64,000 nt of DNA from Candidatus Dormiibacterota bacterium (GCA_963717185.1 CAVQVY010000038.1:103798-167797); one strand, 5' to 3'; counted from the first letter of the stretch, positions 35,078 through 45,255 are shown. A program made the numbers and translations. Notes: generated by a model from the letters alone, not told the origin.

Positions 35078-36160
35078 GTGGTGTCCCGCCGTTCGCGCCT
35101 CATCGACAGCGACCCCGTGGCCTCCGCGCGAGCCGCGGGGCTGCGCTACGTCAGCGATGACTCGCCGGGGATACGACGTGAGCCCAAGCGCGGTGGCGGT
35201 TTCCGCTACACCGGCATCGACGGGCGCGCGATCAGGCGGGCGGCGGAGATCCAGCGCATCGCGCACATCGCGGTACCACCCGCGTGGACCGACGTCTGGA
35301 TCTGCCCGCTGCCGAATGGGCACATCCAGGCCACCGGCCGTGACGCCCGGGGCCGCAAGCAGTACCGGTACCACGAGCGATGGCGCGAGGCGCGCGACGC
35401 CACCAAGTACGAGCGCATCATCGCGTTCGGTGAGGCACTGCCTCGGATTCGCGCGCGTGTCGACGCGGACTTGCGCGGCTCCGACCTCAGCCGCGAGCGT
35501 GTCCTCGCAACTGTCGTGCGCCTGCTCGACTCGACGTACATTCGCGTCGGCAACGAGGAGTACGCGCGCGAGAACCGCTCCTTCGGGCTCACCACGATGC
35601 GCGACCGCCACGTGGAGGTGGACGGGTCCAACCTGCACTTCCAGTTCCGCGGCAAGAGCGGCAAACAGCACACCGTGGCGATCACCGACCGAAGAGTTGC
35701 GCGCGTGGTCAGCCGGCTCCAGGATCTTCCCGGACAGCAGCTGTTCCAGTGGCAGGACGACGACGGCGAAATCCACGGCGTCGAGTCCGACGACGTCAAC
35801 TCGTACATCCGCGAGGCCGCGGGCGAGGACTTCACAGCCAAGGACTTCCGCACCTGGGCCGGCACCGTTCTGGCCGCCTGGGCGCTGCAGGAGCTCGGGG
35901 AGTACGCGTCGCAGACCCAGGCCAAGCACCAGGTGGTCGAGGCCGTCGAGTCGGTCGCTCGTCACCTCGGCAACACCCCCGCCGTCTGCCGCCGTTGCTA
36001 TGTCCATCCCGAGGTGATCAACGCCCACCTCGACGGCGCGCTGCTGGCCACCCTCGAGCGCCGGGCGGAGGAGACGCTTGCGGGCTCGATCGACGAGCTG
36101 TCCGGCCGCGAAGCCGCCGTCCTGGCCTTTCTGCGCCGGAGGATCGCCGAGGCGGCCTGA
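35078..36160 (+). CDS. DNA topoisomerase IB (poxvirus/eukaryotic-type, bacterial TopIB)
   Basis: 360 aa. Starts 22 nt after the ligase stop. TopIB catalytic region FRGKSGKQHTVAITDRRV...TAKDFRTWAGTV...CRRCYVHPEV is consistent with the Arg-Lys-Arg-His-Tyr pentad family; the active-site Tyr is in the C-terminal YVHP. Confidence 0.8.
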   Translation: MVSRRSRLIDSDPVASARAAGLRYVSDDSPGIRREPKRGGGFRYTGIDGRAIRRAAEIQRIAHIAVPPAWTDVWICPLPNGHIQATGRDARGRKQYRYHERWREARDATKYERIIAFGEALPRIRARVDADLRGSDLSRERVLATVVRLLDSTYIRVGNEEYARENRSFGLTTMRDRHVEVDGSNLHFQFRGKSGKQHTVAITDRRVARVVSRLQDLPGQQLFQWQDDDGEIHGVESDDVNSYIREAAGEDFTAKDFRTWAGTVLAAWALQELGEYASQTQAKHQVVEAVESVARHLGNTPAVCRRCYVHPEVINAHLDGALLATLERRAEETLAGSIDELSGREAAVLAFLRRRIAEAA

Positions 36161-36181
36161 AGCTGGATAGAGTGGTGCTCG

Positions 36182-36961
36182 ATGGGCGTGCAGACCGACT
36201 ACGCCACGTACCTGCGGATCGACGAGCTGCTCGACCTGCAACAGCCGCTCAGCGACGGCGCGCACGACGAGATGCTCTTCATCGTCGTGCACCAGGTGTA
36301 CGAGCTCTGGTTCAAGCTCATCCTCCACGAGCTGGACGCGGCCGCGGTTGCTCTCGATGAGGGCCGCGCGCACGCCGCGCTCGCACCGATGCGCCGCGCG
36401 GTTGCCGTCGAACAACTGCTCATCGAACAGCTGCGCGTGCTCGAGAGCATGAGCCCCGACGGCTTCATGCGCTTTCGCGACCCGCTGGCGCCGGCGTCCG
36501 GCTTCCAGTCCACGCAGTTCCGCGAGATCGAGGCGCTCTCAGGTGGCGGCGACTCCCGACACCTTCGTGATGCCGGTCGCAGCGACGCGCAGCGCGCCCA
36601 GCTCAGCGAGAGGCTCTCCCAGCGCTCGCTGTACCAGGCGCTCGCCGTGGCGATGCGCGGGGCGGGGTTCGACTTTCCTGACAGCGACGACGACGGCGCC
36701 CGAGCGCGCCGCATGACCTCTCTCACCTCGCTGTACCACGACCATGCAGATGCCACTCGTACCGTCCTGCATGCGCTCTGCGAGACGCTGCTCGACCACG
36801 ACGAGACCATCGCGCGATGGCGGCACCACCACGCCCTGATGGCGGCCCGGGAGATCGGCAGCCGGACCGGCACGGGTGGCAGCCTCGGCGTGGCGTACCT
36901 GCAGACGACGCTCGACCGGCGCTTCTTCCCCGAGCTGTGGGAGGTGCGCAACCACCTGTGA
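36182..36961 (+). CDS. kynA: tryptophan 2,3-dioxygenase
   Basis: 259 aa. YATYLRIDELLDLQQP...MLFIVVHQVYELWFKLILHEL is the characteristic TDO heme-pocket region. Confidence 0.8.
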   Translation: MGVQTDYATYLRIDELLDLQQPLSDGAHDEMLFIVVHQVYELWFKLILHELDAAAVALDEGRAHAALAPMRRAVAVEQLLIEQLRVLESMSPDGFMRFRDPLAPASGFQSTQFREIEALSGGGDSRHLRDAGRSDAQRAQLSERLSQRSLYQALAVAMRGAGFDFPDSDDDGARARRMTSLTSLYHDHADATRTVLHALCETLLDHDETIARWRHHHALMAAREIGSRTGTGGSLGVAYLQTTLDRRFFPELWEVRNHL

Positions 36962-36983
36962 TCTCCAGCATCGACCGCGCGGC

Positions 36984-38198
36984 ATGCGCGAGCTCGCGAC
37001 GCGTCGGATCCCCTGGCCGCGATGCGCGAGCAGTTCGTCCTCCCCGACGGGTTGGTCTACCTCGACGGCAACTCGCTCGGCGCGCTGCCGGTGCGGACCC
37101 CGTCCCACGTCGCCGACGTGGTGGAAAGGGAATGGGGACAGGGACTGGTGCGCAGCTGGCTCGACCACGACTGGATGGAGGCTCCCCGGCGCATCGGGTC
37201 GAAGCTGGCCGCGCCTGGTCGGAGCCGGGCCGGACGAGGTGATCGTCGCCGAGAGCACGACGGTGTGTCTCTTCAAGCTGGTGTTCGCCGCGCTGACGAT
37301 GCAGCCGGGACGCTCCGTCGTGCTCACCGAGGAGGAGAACTTCCACACCGACCTCTACGCCGCAAGTGCCGCCGCACGGGTCTGCGGAGGCACCGTCGAG
37401 GTGGTCCCGCGCGCGCGATTGCTGGAGCGGCTCGACGGCAGCGTGGCAGCGCTGATGCTCACCCACGTCGACTACCGCACCGGGTACATGCACGACATGC
37501 GGCTGATGAGCGCCGCTGCACATGAAGCGGGCGCGCTGACGCTATGGGACCTGTGTCACAGCGTTGCCGCAGTCCCGCTCCAGCTCAACGCGGATGGTGC
37601 CGACATGGCGGTCGGCTGTGGCTACAAGTACCTCAACGGTGGCCCCGGCGCCCCGGCGCTGCTCCACGTGCGCGCGGGGTTGCAGAGCCGGCTCGACAAC
37701 CCCGTGCCCGGCTGGCTCGGGCACGCTGAGCCGTTTGCCTTCGAGCGCACGTTTCGTCCTGCTGCCGGGATCGGCTCGATGATCACCGGTTCGCCACACA
37801 TCCTCCAGCTGAGCGCGCTGGAGTCGGCCGTTGACCTCTGGCTCGAGGTCGACATGTCCGCCGTACGCGCCAAGTCGGTGGCGCTCACCGAGCTCTTCAT
37901 CGAGCGCGTCGAGCAACGCTGCGACGGCATGGGTTTCGAGCTCGCCTCGCCCCGAGACCCCGCACGGAGGGGATCGCAGGTCGCCTTACGCCATGCCGAG
38001 GGGTATGGGATCGTGCGCGCCCTCATCGAGCGGGGCGTGGTCGCCGATTTCCGCGCCCCCGACATCTGCCGTTTCGGGTTCGCGCCCCTGTACGTGCGCC
38101 ACGTCGACGCCTGGGACGCGGTGGAGCGGATCCATGAGGTCATCAGCGCTGGGGCCCACCGTGACCCACGCTTTGCCGAACGCGCCGCGATCACCTGA
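36984..38198 (+). CDS. kynU: kynureninase (one frame change near 37210; start approximate)
   Basis: DPLAAMREQFVLPDGLVYLDGNSLG is in ORF 37022-37525. PDEVIVAESTTVCL...CGYKYLNGGPGAPA (PLP-Lys region)...C-terminus is in ORF 36876-38198. The junction shows a single extra C in gccgcgCctggtc. Confidence 0.75.
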   Translation: MRELATRRIPWPRCASSSSSPTGWSTSTATRSARCRCGPRPTSPTWWKGNGDRDWCAAGSTTTGWRLPGASGRSWPRLVGAGPDEVIVAESTTVCLFKLVFAALTMQPGRSVVLTEEENFHTDLYAASAAARVCGGTVEVVPRARLLERLDGSVAALMLTHVDYRTGYMHDMRLMSAAAHEAGALTLWDLCHSVAAVPLQLNADGADMAVGCGYKYLNGGPGAPALLHVRAGLQSRLDNPVPGWLGHAEPFAFERTFRPAAGIGSMITGSPHILQLSALESAVDLWLEVDMSAVRAKSVALTELFIERVEQRCDGMGFELASPRDPARRGSQVALRHAEGYGIVRALIERGVVADFRAPDICRFGFAPLYVRHVDAWDAVERIHEVISAGAHRDPRFAERAAIT

Positions 38199-38339
38199 GC
38201 GCACTGTGCGATGACCGGGGTGCGGTCTCGTCACGCTTGAGGCAGGATCGTCACCCGGGCATCAGAGGGTCCGTGGGCTGCTCCTGTCACCTTGAGGTTG
38301 GCGCGTTCCTGCGCGCCTTCACGGTGAGGACGGCACAGA

Positions 38340-40103
38340 ATGGGCTCCCGCTTGCAGGGCGATCGCGACGCTCAGGTTCGGCGCAGTCGCGAGTGGGAGA
38401 GCCGCCCTGCGCTGAGCCGAGCGGTACGCGCCGTCGTCGTCGCCGGTCCTGTGGCCGCCTCCTTCGGTGTGGCCGCCCTGCTCAGCCACCTGGTGCCGCA
38501 TGCCGACAGCGTCGCCACCACCGTGCTGTGGTTCACGGTGATCGGGGCGGCATCGCTGGCCACGCTCGTCGTCGTCGAACGTGCGGCGCGAAGCCTGCTC
38601 CCGCTCGCCGCCCTCCTCAACCTCTCATTGATCTTCCCGGACAAGGCACCCGCCCGCTTCGCGGTGGCGAGGCGGACAGGCAGGCCACGCGACCTGCAGG
38701 AGAGTCTCCCGGCGCGCACATGAGTCCGGCCACGAGGACGACGCCCGGTGGATGCAGGCGGTCATCGAGCTGGTGCTGGCGCTCAGCGTTCACGACAAGG
38801 CCTCGCGCGGCCACTCCGAGCGTGTGCGTGTGTTCACCGACCTGCTCGCCGACCAGCTGAAGGTGCCCGACAGCGGCCGCAACCGGCTGCGCTGGGCGGC
38901 GCTGCTCCACGACATCGGCAAGCTCGAGGTGCCGACGGCGATCCTCAACAAGCCCGGCAAGCCCAGCGAGGACGAGTGGGCCGTGCTGCACCAGCACCCC
39001 GAGGAGGGCGCGCGCTGGTGGCTCCCCTGCTGCCCTGGTTGGGCGAGTGGGGCCTGGCCGTGGAGCAGCACCATGAGAGGTTCGACGGCACCGGCTATCC
39101 CCACCGGCTGAAGGGACACGAGATCTCGCTGGCGGCACGGATCGTCTCCGTGGCCGATGTCTATGAGGTGATGACCGCGCCGCGGCCGTACAAGCGGTCG
39201 ATGAGCGTGACCGCCGCCCGTCGCGAGCTGGTGCGCGTGGCCGGCACGCAGCTCGACCCGGTGATCGTGCGCGCGTTCCTCAACGTCTCGGTGGGACGGC
39301 TGTGGAGGACCATCGGGTTCGGGGCCTGGATCGCCCAGATCCCCCAGCTCGGGCGGCTGTTCAGCTTCGGCGGCCTGACCAGCGGCGGCGTGGGCATGGG
39401 GATCGCGACCGCGACCACGGCCACCGTGCTGGCGGTGGGCGGCGTCATCGGGCCGGCCCCAGGCCCGGCGGCCCCGACCCCGGTCGGTCTGCCCCCGGCG
39501 GTTGCCCTGGTCCAGACGCCGGCACCGGGATCCCAGCTGCCGCGTGCTCCAGCGAGGCCGATCACGGTGACCGCAAGCCCGACCCCCGTGCCCGTGTCCA
39601 CTCCGACGGCTGCCGTGGCAGCTCCCACCGCAGCGCCTGCGAGTTCGACACCGCAGCCGGCGTCCCCGCCGGCGTCGCCCAAGCCGACCCCCAAGCCGAC
39701 GCCGACGCCCAAGACGACTCCGACGCCGACGCCGGACCCGTGGAGCTGCGCGCAGTGCACCAACACGTCGCCGACCTGCACCAGCTTCTGCAGCGGCGGC
39801 AACAGTCATACCTGCACGACCTTCTGCTCTGGGGGCAACAACCAGGTCTGCACGGCCACTGTTCTGGGGGCAACAACCTGCAGCTGCGTCACGTACTGCC
39901 AGGGCGGCAACAACGCTGCGTGCCAGGCCATGTGCCGCTCGTCGGTGGTCCAGGTCCCCGTCACAACCGCGACGGTCGCCTCGACGCAGGCCTCCGCGTC
40001 GTCAGCCGGATGGTCCTCAACCCAACGGCAGGGACCGGCCGGAACCCTCCTCGCCGGGCTCACCCAGCTGCTGCTTTTCGGGGTCGCGCTCACACCCGCC
40101 TGA
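38340..40103 (+). CDS. membrane-anchored HD-GYP phosphodiesterase with Pro/Thr-rich linker and Cys-rich C-terminal repeat, copy 1 (2 frame changes)
   Basis: Two N-terminal TM helices; HD-GYP core split over ORFs 38340-38723, 38752-39111 and 38748-40103 (HSERV...LLHDIGKLEVP...HHERFDGTGYP). Then a hydrophobic segment, PT-rich linker, the Cys repeat CAQCTNTSPTCTSFCSGGNSHTCTTFCSGGNNQVCTA...CQGGNNAACQAMC, and a hydrophobic tail. Confidence 0.7.
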
Positions 40104-40199
40104 GCCCGGGCGAAACCTGAATCGCCGGAACAGGATCGTCACCCGCCCATCAGACGCTTCGTCAGCGACCGCTGCCATGTTGTCGCGAAGGCGCCCGGC

Positions 40200-41982
40200 G
40201 TGCCTATGCCCGTCAGCGAGGACGCGAACGACATGGGGACCCGTCAATACCGCGATCGTGAACCCGACGTTCGCGACGCCGAGATCAAGCGCAGCCGGCA
40301 GTGGGACCGACGCCCCGCGCTGAGCCGTGCGGTGCGGGTCACTGTGTTCGCGGCGCCGGTGGCCGCGTCGTTCGGCGTTGCCGCGCTGCTGACGCGCCTC
40401 CTGCCGCGCGCCGACAGCCCGGCCACCGCGGTTCTGTGGGTGGGCGTGATCGCCGCTGCGTCGTTGGTGACGCTGGTGGTCCTCGAGCGCGCCGCGCGCC
40501 GCCTGCTGCCGCTGGCTGCGCTCCTCAACCTCTCGCTGATCTTCCCTGACAAGGCACCTGCCCGCTTCGCGGTCGCCAGGCGCACCGGCAGGCCGCGCGA
40601 CCTGCAGGAGAGCCTGCACCGCGCCCAGGCGACCGGGCACGACGACGACGCGCGCAGGATGCAGTCGATCGTGGAGCTGGTGCTCGCTCTCAGCGTCCAC
40701 GACAAGGCCTCCCGAGGTCACTCCGAACGCGTCCGCGTCTTCACCGATCTCCTTGCCGACGAGCTGAAGGTCCCGGAAGTGGTCGCAACCGCCTGCGCTG
40801 GGCGGCGCTCCTGCACGACATCGGCAAGCTCGAGGTGCCGGCGACGATCCTCAACAAGCCGGGCATCCCCAGCGACGAGGAGTGGGCGGCGCTGCACCGT
40901 CATCCCGAAGAGGGGGCGCGGCTGGTCGGCCCACTGCTCCCATGGCTCGGTGAGTGGGGTGCAGCCGTCGAGCAGCACCACGAGCGCTTCGACGGCACCG
41001 GGTACCCGCACCAGCTGCGCGGCCATGAGATCTCGCTGGCGGCGAGGATCGTGGCCGTCGCCGACGCCTACGAGGTGATGACCGCCCCGCGCCCGTACAA
41101 GCGGTCGATGAGCGTGTCGGCGGCGCGCGCCGAGCTGGTCCGGGTGGCCGGCGCGCAGCTCGACCCGGCGATCGTGCGGGCGTTCCTCAACGTGTCGGTG
41201 GGGCGCCTGTGGCGCACCCTCGGCTTTGGCGCCTGGATCGCCCAGGTCCCCCAACTCGGCCGCATCTTCAGCCTGGGCGGGTGGGCCAGCTCGGGGATGG
41301 GCATGGGCATCGCCACCGCGACCACGGCATCGGTCCTGGCGGTCACCGGGGTCGTCGGTCCGGGCCCGGGCCCGGTGGTCGTCGGCCCGGTCTCGGCGCC
41401 GGTGGCGTCCGCGCCGATGCACACGCCGCGCCCGGCCCCGAAGACCACCGCCAGCCCACCGGTTGCCACCGCTGCCCCCGGACGGCCGCTCCGCCTTCCA
41501 CCCCCAAGCCCACTGGGGTCCCAACCGCCACGCCGACGGCACGGCCCACCCTGACGGCGACGGCCAAGCCCACCCCCAAGCCGACTGCGAAGCCCACTCC
41601 AACCCCAACTCCGACCCCCACCGCAACGCCGACGCCGAGCCCATCGCCGACCCCGGACCCATGGAGCTGCACGGGCTGCACCGACACGCACCCGTCATGC
41701 AAGAGCCACTGCAACAGCGCCAACAACACGAACTGCACCACCTACTGCATGGGCAACAACAACACCTCGTGCACCTCCCACTGTTTCGGGGACAACGACA
41801 AGCTCTGCGTCAACTTCTGCGACGGCGACGGCAACAAGTGCAAGACCAACTGCCGTGACAGCACCGCGGCGGTGATCCCGGTCAACGCTGCGCGCCGCCA
41901 GGCGACTCCGGTGGCGTCGCGGTCCCCGTCACTGCCTGCCACGCCGCCGAGGGCGCGCCGCACGACGACACGGGCACCCTGA
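40200..41982 (+). CDS. membrane-anchored HD-GYP phosphodiesterase with Pro/Thr-rich linker and Cys-rich C-terminal repeat, copy 2 (2 frame changes)
   Basis: Same architecture as copy 1, over ORFs 40200-41078, 40835-41554 and 41209-41982. Long identical stretches with copy 1 (LLPLAALLNLSLIFPDKAPARFAVARRTGRPRDLQESL; ELVLALSVHDKASRGHSERVRVFTDLLAD). Cys repeat CTGCTDTHPSCKSHCNSANNTNCTTYCMGNNNTSCTSHCFGDNDKLCVNFCDGDGNKCKTNC. Confidence 0.7.
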
Positions 41983-41991
41983 CCCGGCTGT

Positions 41992-42723
41992 TCAGCGATC
42001 GCTGCTGCGCGCGCCGCGCCAGCCGGAGATGGCGCTGATCACCACGATCACCACCACCAGGGCGATCGTGATCCGCCCGCTGTACTGGCCAACGGCGTCG
42101 GCGACGTTCTCCGCCGGCTTGCCGATGACGAAGCCGAGCGCGACCCAGAGCCCGATGAAGAGCAGCGTTCCGATGAAGTCGGTGGCGAGGAAACGCCAGA
42201 TGCCGATGCGTGCATCGCCGGCGCCGAAGTAGAGAAGGTCGTTGGGGACGGGCAGGAAGTACGCGAAGAGGATCGTCCACAGTCCCCAGCGCGCAAAGAA
42301 CAACTCCGCCCTGCGGGCGCGCCGATGCCAGCGGCGATCGTGCTTCTCCAGGTACGCCACCAGCGGGCGGCCGTAGCGGCGCCCCGCCCAGTAGTAGAAC
42401 GGGTCGGTGAGCATCGTGTACGGGATCGGCGCAAGCAGGACCGCCCACAGTGGCAGCCGCCCGCCGGCGGCGAACGCCCCGGCGATGATCAGCGAGATGG
42501 TGCTCCCGCGCAGCAATTCCGCGTACAGCGGCCTGGTGAACTGCAACGCCGTCCCCAGCGGGATCCCGGCGTAGTAGTAGATCGACTTGGCGAAGATGGG
42601 TCCCAGGCAGAGCACATCGCGGATGCCCGCGGTCGCGAACAGCTGACTGCGAGCGGCCTCGTCGACGTCACCGCTCGATGCGGGTGTCGCCGCCTCCGCG
42701 TCGTCGGGGCCGGCGTCGCTCAT
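41992..42723 (-). CDS. DedA/VTT (SNARE-associated) family membrane protein
   Basis: The last 243 aa of the 581-aa minus ORF, from MSDAGPDD. Contains FTRPLYAELLRG...PIPYTMLTDPFYYWAGRRYG. Confidence 0.7.
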   Translation of the reverse strand: MSDAGPDDAEAATPASSGDVDEAARSQLFATAGIRDVLCLGPIFAKSIYYYAGIPLGTALQFTRPLYAELLRGSTISLIIAGAFAAGGRLPLWAVLLAPIPYTMLTDPFYYWAGRRYGRPLVAYLEKHDRRWHRRARRAELFFARWGLWTILFAYFLPVPNDLLYFGAGDARIGIWRFLATDFIGTLLFIGLWVALGFVIGKPAENVADAVGQYSGRITIALVVVIVVISAISGWRGARSSDR

Positions 42724-43679
42724 ACGACCTCCCTCACCGGGACGTCGGGGGATCGTCTCGGGGCGGCGGGGGGTCGGGAGAGGATCAGGGCCACCGCCAC
42801 AACGATGAGGGCGGCGGCGATCAGCGTCTGCCCGGTGATGTGCTCCCCGAGGACCGCCCAGCCGAGGAACACCGCCACCAGCGGGTTGACGTACGCGTAC
42901 GTGGCCACCGCGGTCGTGGCCACCTTGTTGAGCAGCCAGACGTACGCGCTGAACGCGACCAGCGAGCCGAAGACGATGAGGTAGAGGACCGACAACCAGG
43001 AGGCCAGGCTGACCTGGTCGAGGTGCACGTTCGCCGCCTCTCCGGTGAGCAGCCCAACCAGCATCAGAAGTGCCCCGCCGCACAGCATCTCCATCCCGGT
43101 CGCCACCAGCGCACGCCTGGGCAGCGCCCCGCGCGTCGCATACAGCGACCCGACCGCCCAGCTCAGCGGTGAGGCCAGCACCAGCAGCATGTGGGCGGGG
43201 TCGCCGGCGCCGCCCGCGCCAGGCCGCAGCAGCACCGCGGTGCCGAGCAGGCCGATGCCGATGCCGGCCACGGCGACCCTGCTGAGGCGGTTGCCGAGCG
43301 CGATCGCTCCGAAGATGGCGATGAAGAGGGGGACGGTTGCGACCAGCAGCGCCACCACGCCCGACGGCACGTACTGCTCGCCGAAGCTGACCCCGCCGTT
43401 GCCACCGAGCAAAAGCAGGCCGCCGGTGATGGCCGTGGCCCGCCACTGCCGCCAGCCGATCGGGTCCTGGGCGGCGCCGCGCATGCGGCTGGTGACGGCG
43501 AGCAGAACCGCGCCCGCGACAAGGAATCGAACCCCGGCCATGAGCAGCGGTGGCATCGTCTCCACCGCCACCCTGATGAAGAGGTAGGTGGATCCCCAGA
43601 TGACGTAGACCGCGGCGAATGCGGCGACGACTCCGCCGCCCACCCGTTGCAGGACGGCAGGCCGCACCAGCGTGGTCAT
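42720..43679 (-). CDS. EamA/DMT-family transporter (10 TM)
   Basis: 319 aa with two EamA repeats (VIWGSTYLFIRVAV...; SWAVGSLYATRG...). Its stop overlaps the dedA ATG (ATGA). Confidence 0.75.
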   Translation of the reverse strand: MTTLVRPAVLQRVGGGVVAAFAAVYVIWGSTYLFIRVAVETMPPLLMAGVRFLVAGAVLLAVTSRMRGAAQDPIGWRQWRATAITGGLLLLGGNGGVSFGEQYVPSGVVALLVATVPLFIAIFGAIALGNRLSRVAVAGIGIGLLGTAVLLRPGAGGAGDPAHMLLVLASPLSWAVGSLYATRGALPRRALVATGMEMLCGGALLMLVGLLTGEAANVHLDQVSLASWLSVLYLIVFGSLVAFSAYVWLLNKVATTAVATYAYVNPLVAVFLGWAVLGEHITGQTLIAAALIVVAVALILSRPPAAPRRSPDVPVREVV

Positions 43680-43756
43680 CGCCGGCCACCCTACGGCATC
43701 GGCGGCGAGCGACGCGCTGCGGACACCGCCCTACCATGGCTTCGAGGAGGTATGGA

Positions 43757-45178
43757 TGATGGCCGTTGAGCTGGCGCAGATGCGCTCCGTCAACCCGCGA
43801 CGGAAGAGCGCGTCGCCACCTACCCGGTGCACTCGGAGCGCGAGGTCGGCGCGGCTCTCGACGCCGCCATGGCCCGCCGTCCGGCTGTGGCGGGCACGCC
43901 CCTTGCCGGCCGCTGCGCGCTCATGTCGGGGTCGGCGTGCTGTTGCGTCGAGCGCAGCGACGCGCTCGCCGCTCTGATCACCGCCGAGATGGGCAAGACC
44001 CATCGCCGAGGCTCGCGCGGAGGTGGAGAAGTGCGCGTTCACCTGCGACTGGTTTGCCGCACACGCGGCTGAGCTCCTCGCCGACCAGCCCTTCCCGAGC
44101 GACAGCCCGCGCAGCTTCGTCGCCTTCGAGCCGCTGGGCACGGTCTGGCCGGGATGCCGTGGAACTTCCCGCTGTGGCAGGTGTTCCGCTTCGCCGTTCC
44201 GGCCCTGTGCGCGGGCAACTGCGGGGTGCTGAAGCACGCCTAGAACGTCAGCGGCTGCGCGCTGGCCATCGGCGACCTGTTCGAGGAGGCGGGGTTCCCA
44301 CGCGGCGTCTTCGCGGTGCTGCTCATCCCCAACGACCGGGTGGCGGCTGTGATCGAGGAACTCGCGAGTTCGCGGCCGTGACGCTGACCGGGAGCACCGC
44401 CGCGGGCCGCAGCGTCGGTGCGGCCGCGGGCCGCAGCCTCAAGCCATCGGTGCTCGAGCTGGGCGGATCTGATGCGTTCATCGTGCTCGAGGACGCCGAC
44501 CTCGGGGCGGCGGCGTCCACCGCGGCCAGGGCACGCTTCCAGAACGCCGGGCAGAGCTGCATCGCTGCCAAGCGCTTCATCGTGGTCGATTCCGTCGCCG
44601 CGGATTTTGAGGACCTGCTGGTTGCAGAGGCGCGCAGGATCGTGGTGGGGGACCCGCTCCGGGAATCGGTGACCATGGGTCCGCTCGCGCGGGGCGACCT
44701 CCGCGACACTCTCGAACGTCAGCTCCGCGACTCTGTCGCCCTGGGGGCGACGCTCCGGTGCGGCGGAGGCCGCCTCGATGGGCGCGGCTACTTCGTCACC
44801 CCTGCGGTGCTGACCGGGTGCACGAGTTCCATGCCCGCCTTCCGCGAGGAGACCTTCGGTCCCCTGGCGGCGGTGATGCGCGTCGGCTCGGCAGACGAGG
44901 CACTGTCCGCGGCCAACGACTCCGACTTCGGTCTCGGCGGCAACATCTGGACGCGCGACGAGGAGCGCGGGGTGGCCCTGGCACGGCGCATGGACAGCGG
45001 AGGGGTCTTCGTCAACGGCATGACGCACTCCGACCCGCGCGTCCCATTCGGCGGAGTCAAGGACAGCGGTTACGGACGCGAGCTGTCCAGCTTCGGCATT
45101 CGAGAGTTCGTCAACGTCAAGACCATCTGGCGGCCCGCCCCGGATGCCTCCGGCGACGCGGGAACGCCGGCCGAGTGA
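43757..45178 (+). pseudogene. aldehyde dehydrogenase (GabD/succinate-semialdehyde DH-like), several frame changes plus an in-frame TAG
   Basis: ALDH homology runs across ORFs 43672-43977, 43827-44072, 44023-44232 and 43766-45178 (C-terminus with [26 protein letters not shown]). TAG at 44241-44243 lies within ...[30 protein letters not shown], at a conserved Ser position. Confidence 0.75.
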
Positions 45179-45255
45179 GGCACAACGGGCACCCTCGCAT
45201 ATCCTGTGCGTAGCGCCATGCGCATCGACGGGATGCGAACAGAGGCACGCACGGC

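Larger units (their letters stand above)
38243..41982 (+). repeat. tandem direct duplication of about 1.85 kb (HD-GYP gene plus its 5' leader), two diverged copies
   Basis: Units 38243-40103 and 40131-41982. The shared upstream motif CAGGATCGTCACCCG(G/C)(G/C)CATCAGA sits at 38243-38267 and 40131-40155. Protein-level identity is high at the N-terminus and diverged at the C-terminus. Confidence 0.6.

Noticed and set aside
34034-36415. 793-aa minus-strand ORF antisense to the ligase / topIB / kynA genes
   Set aside because: Same reasoning: low-complexity RG/PG-rich translation opposite three well-supported genes.
39480-39760. The Pro/Thr/Ala-rich stretches of the HD-GYP genes taken as non-coding low-complexity repeat or wrong-frame artefact
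   Set aside because: They are in frame with the upstream HD-GYP core and the downstream Cys module. They are present at the equivalent position in both paralogs, with coding-type GC3 bias.
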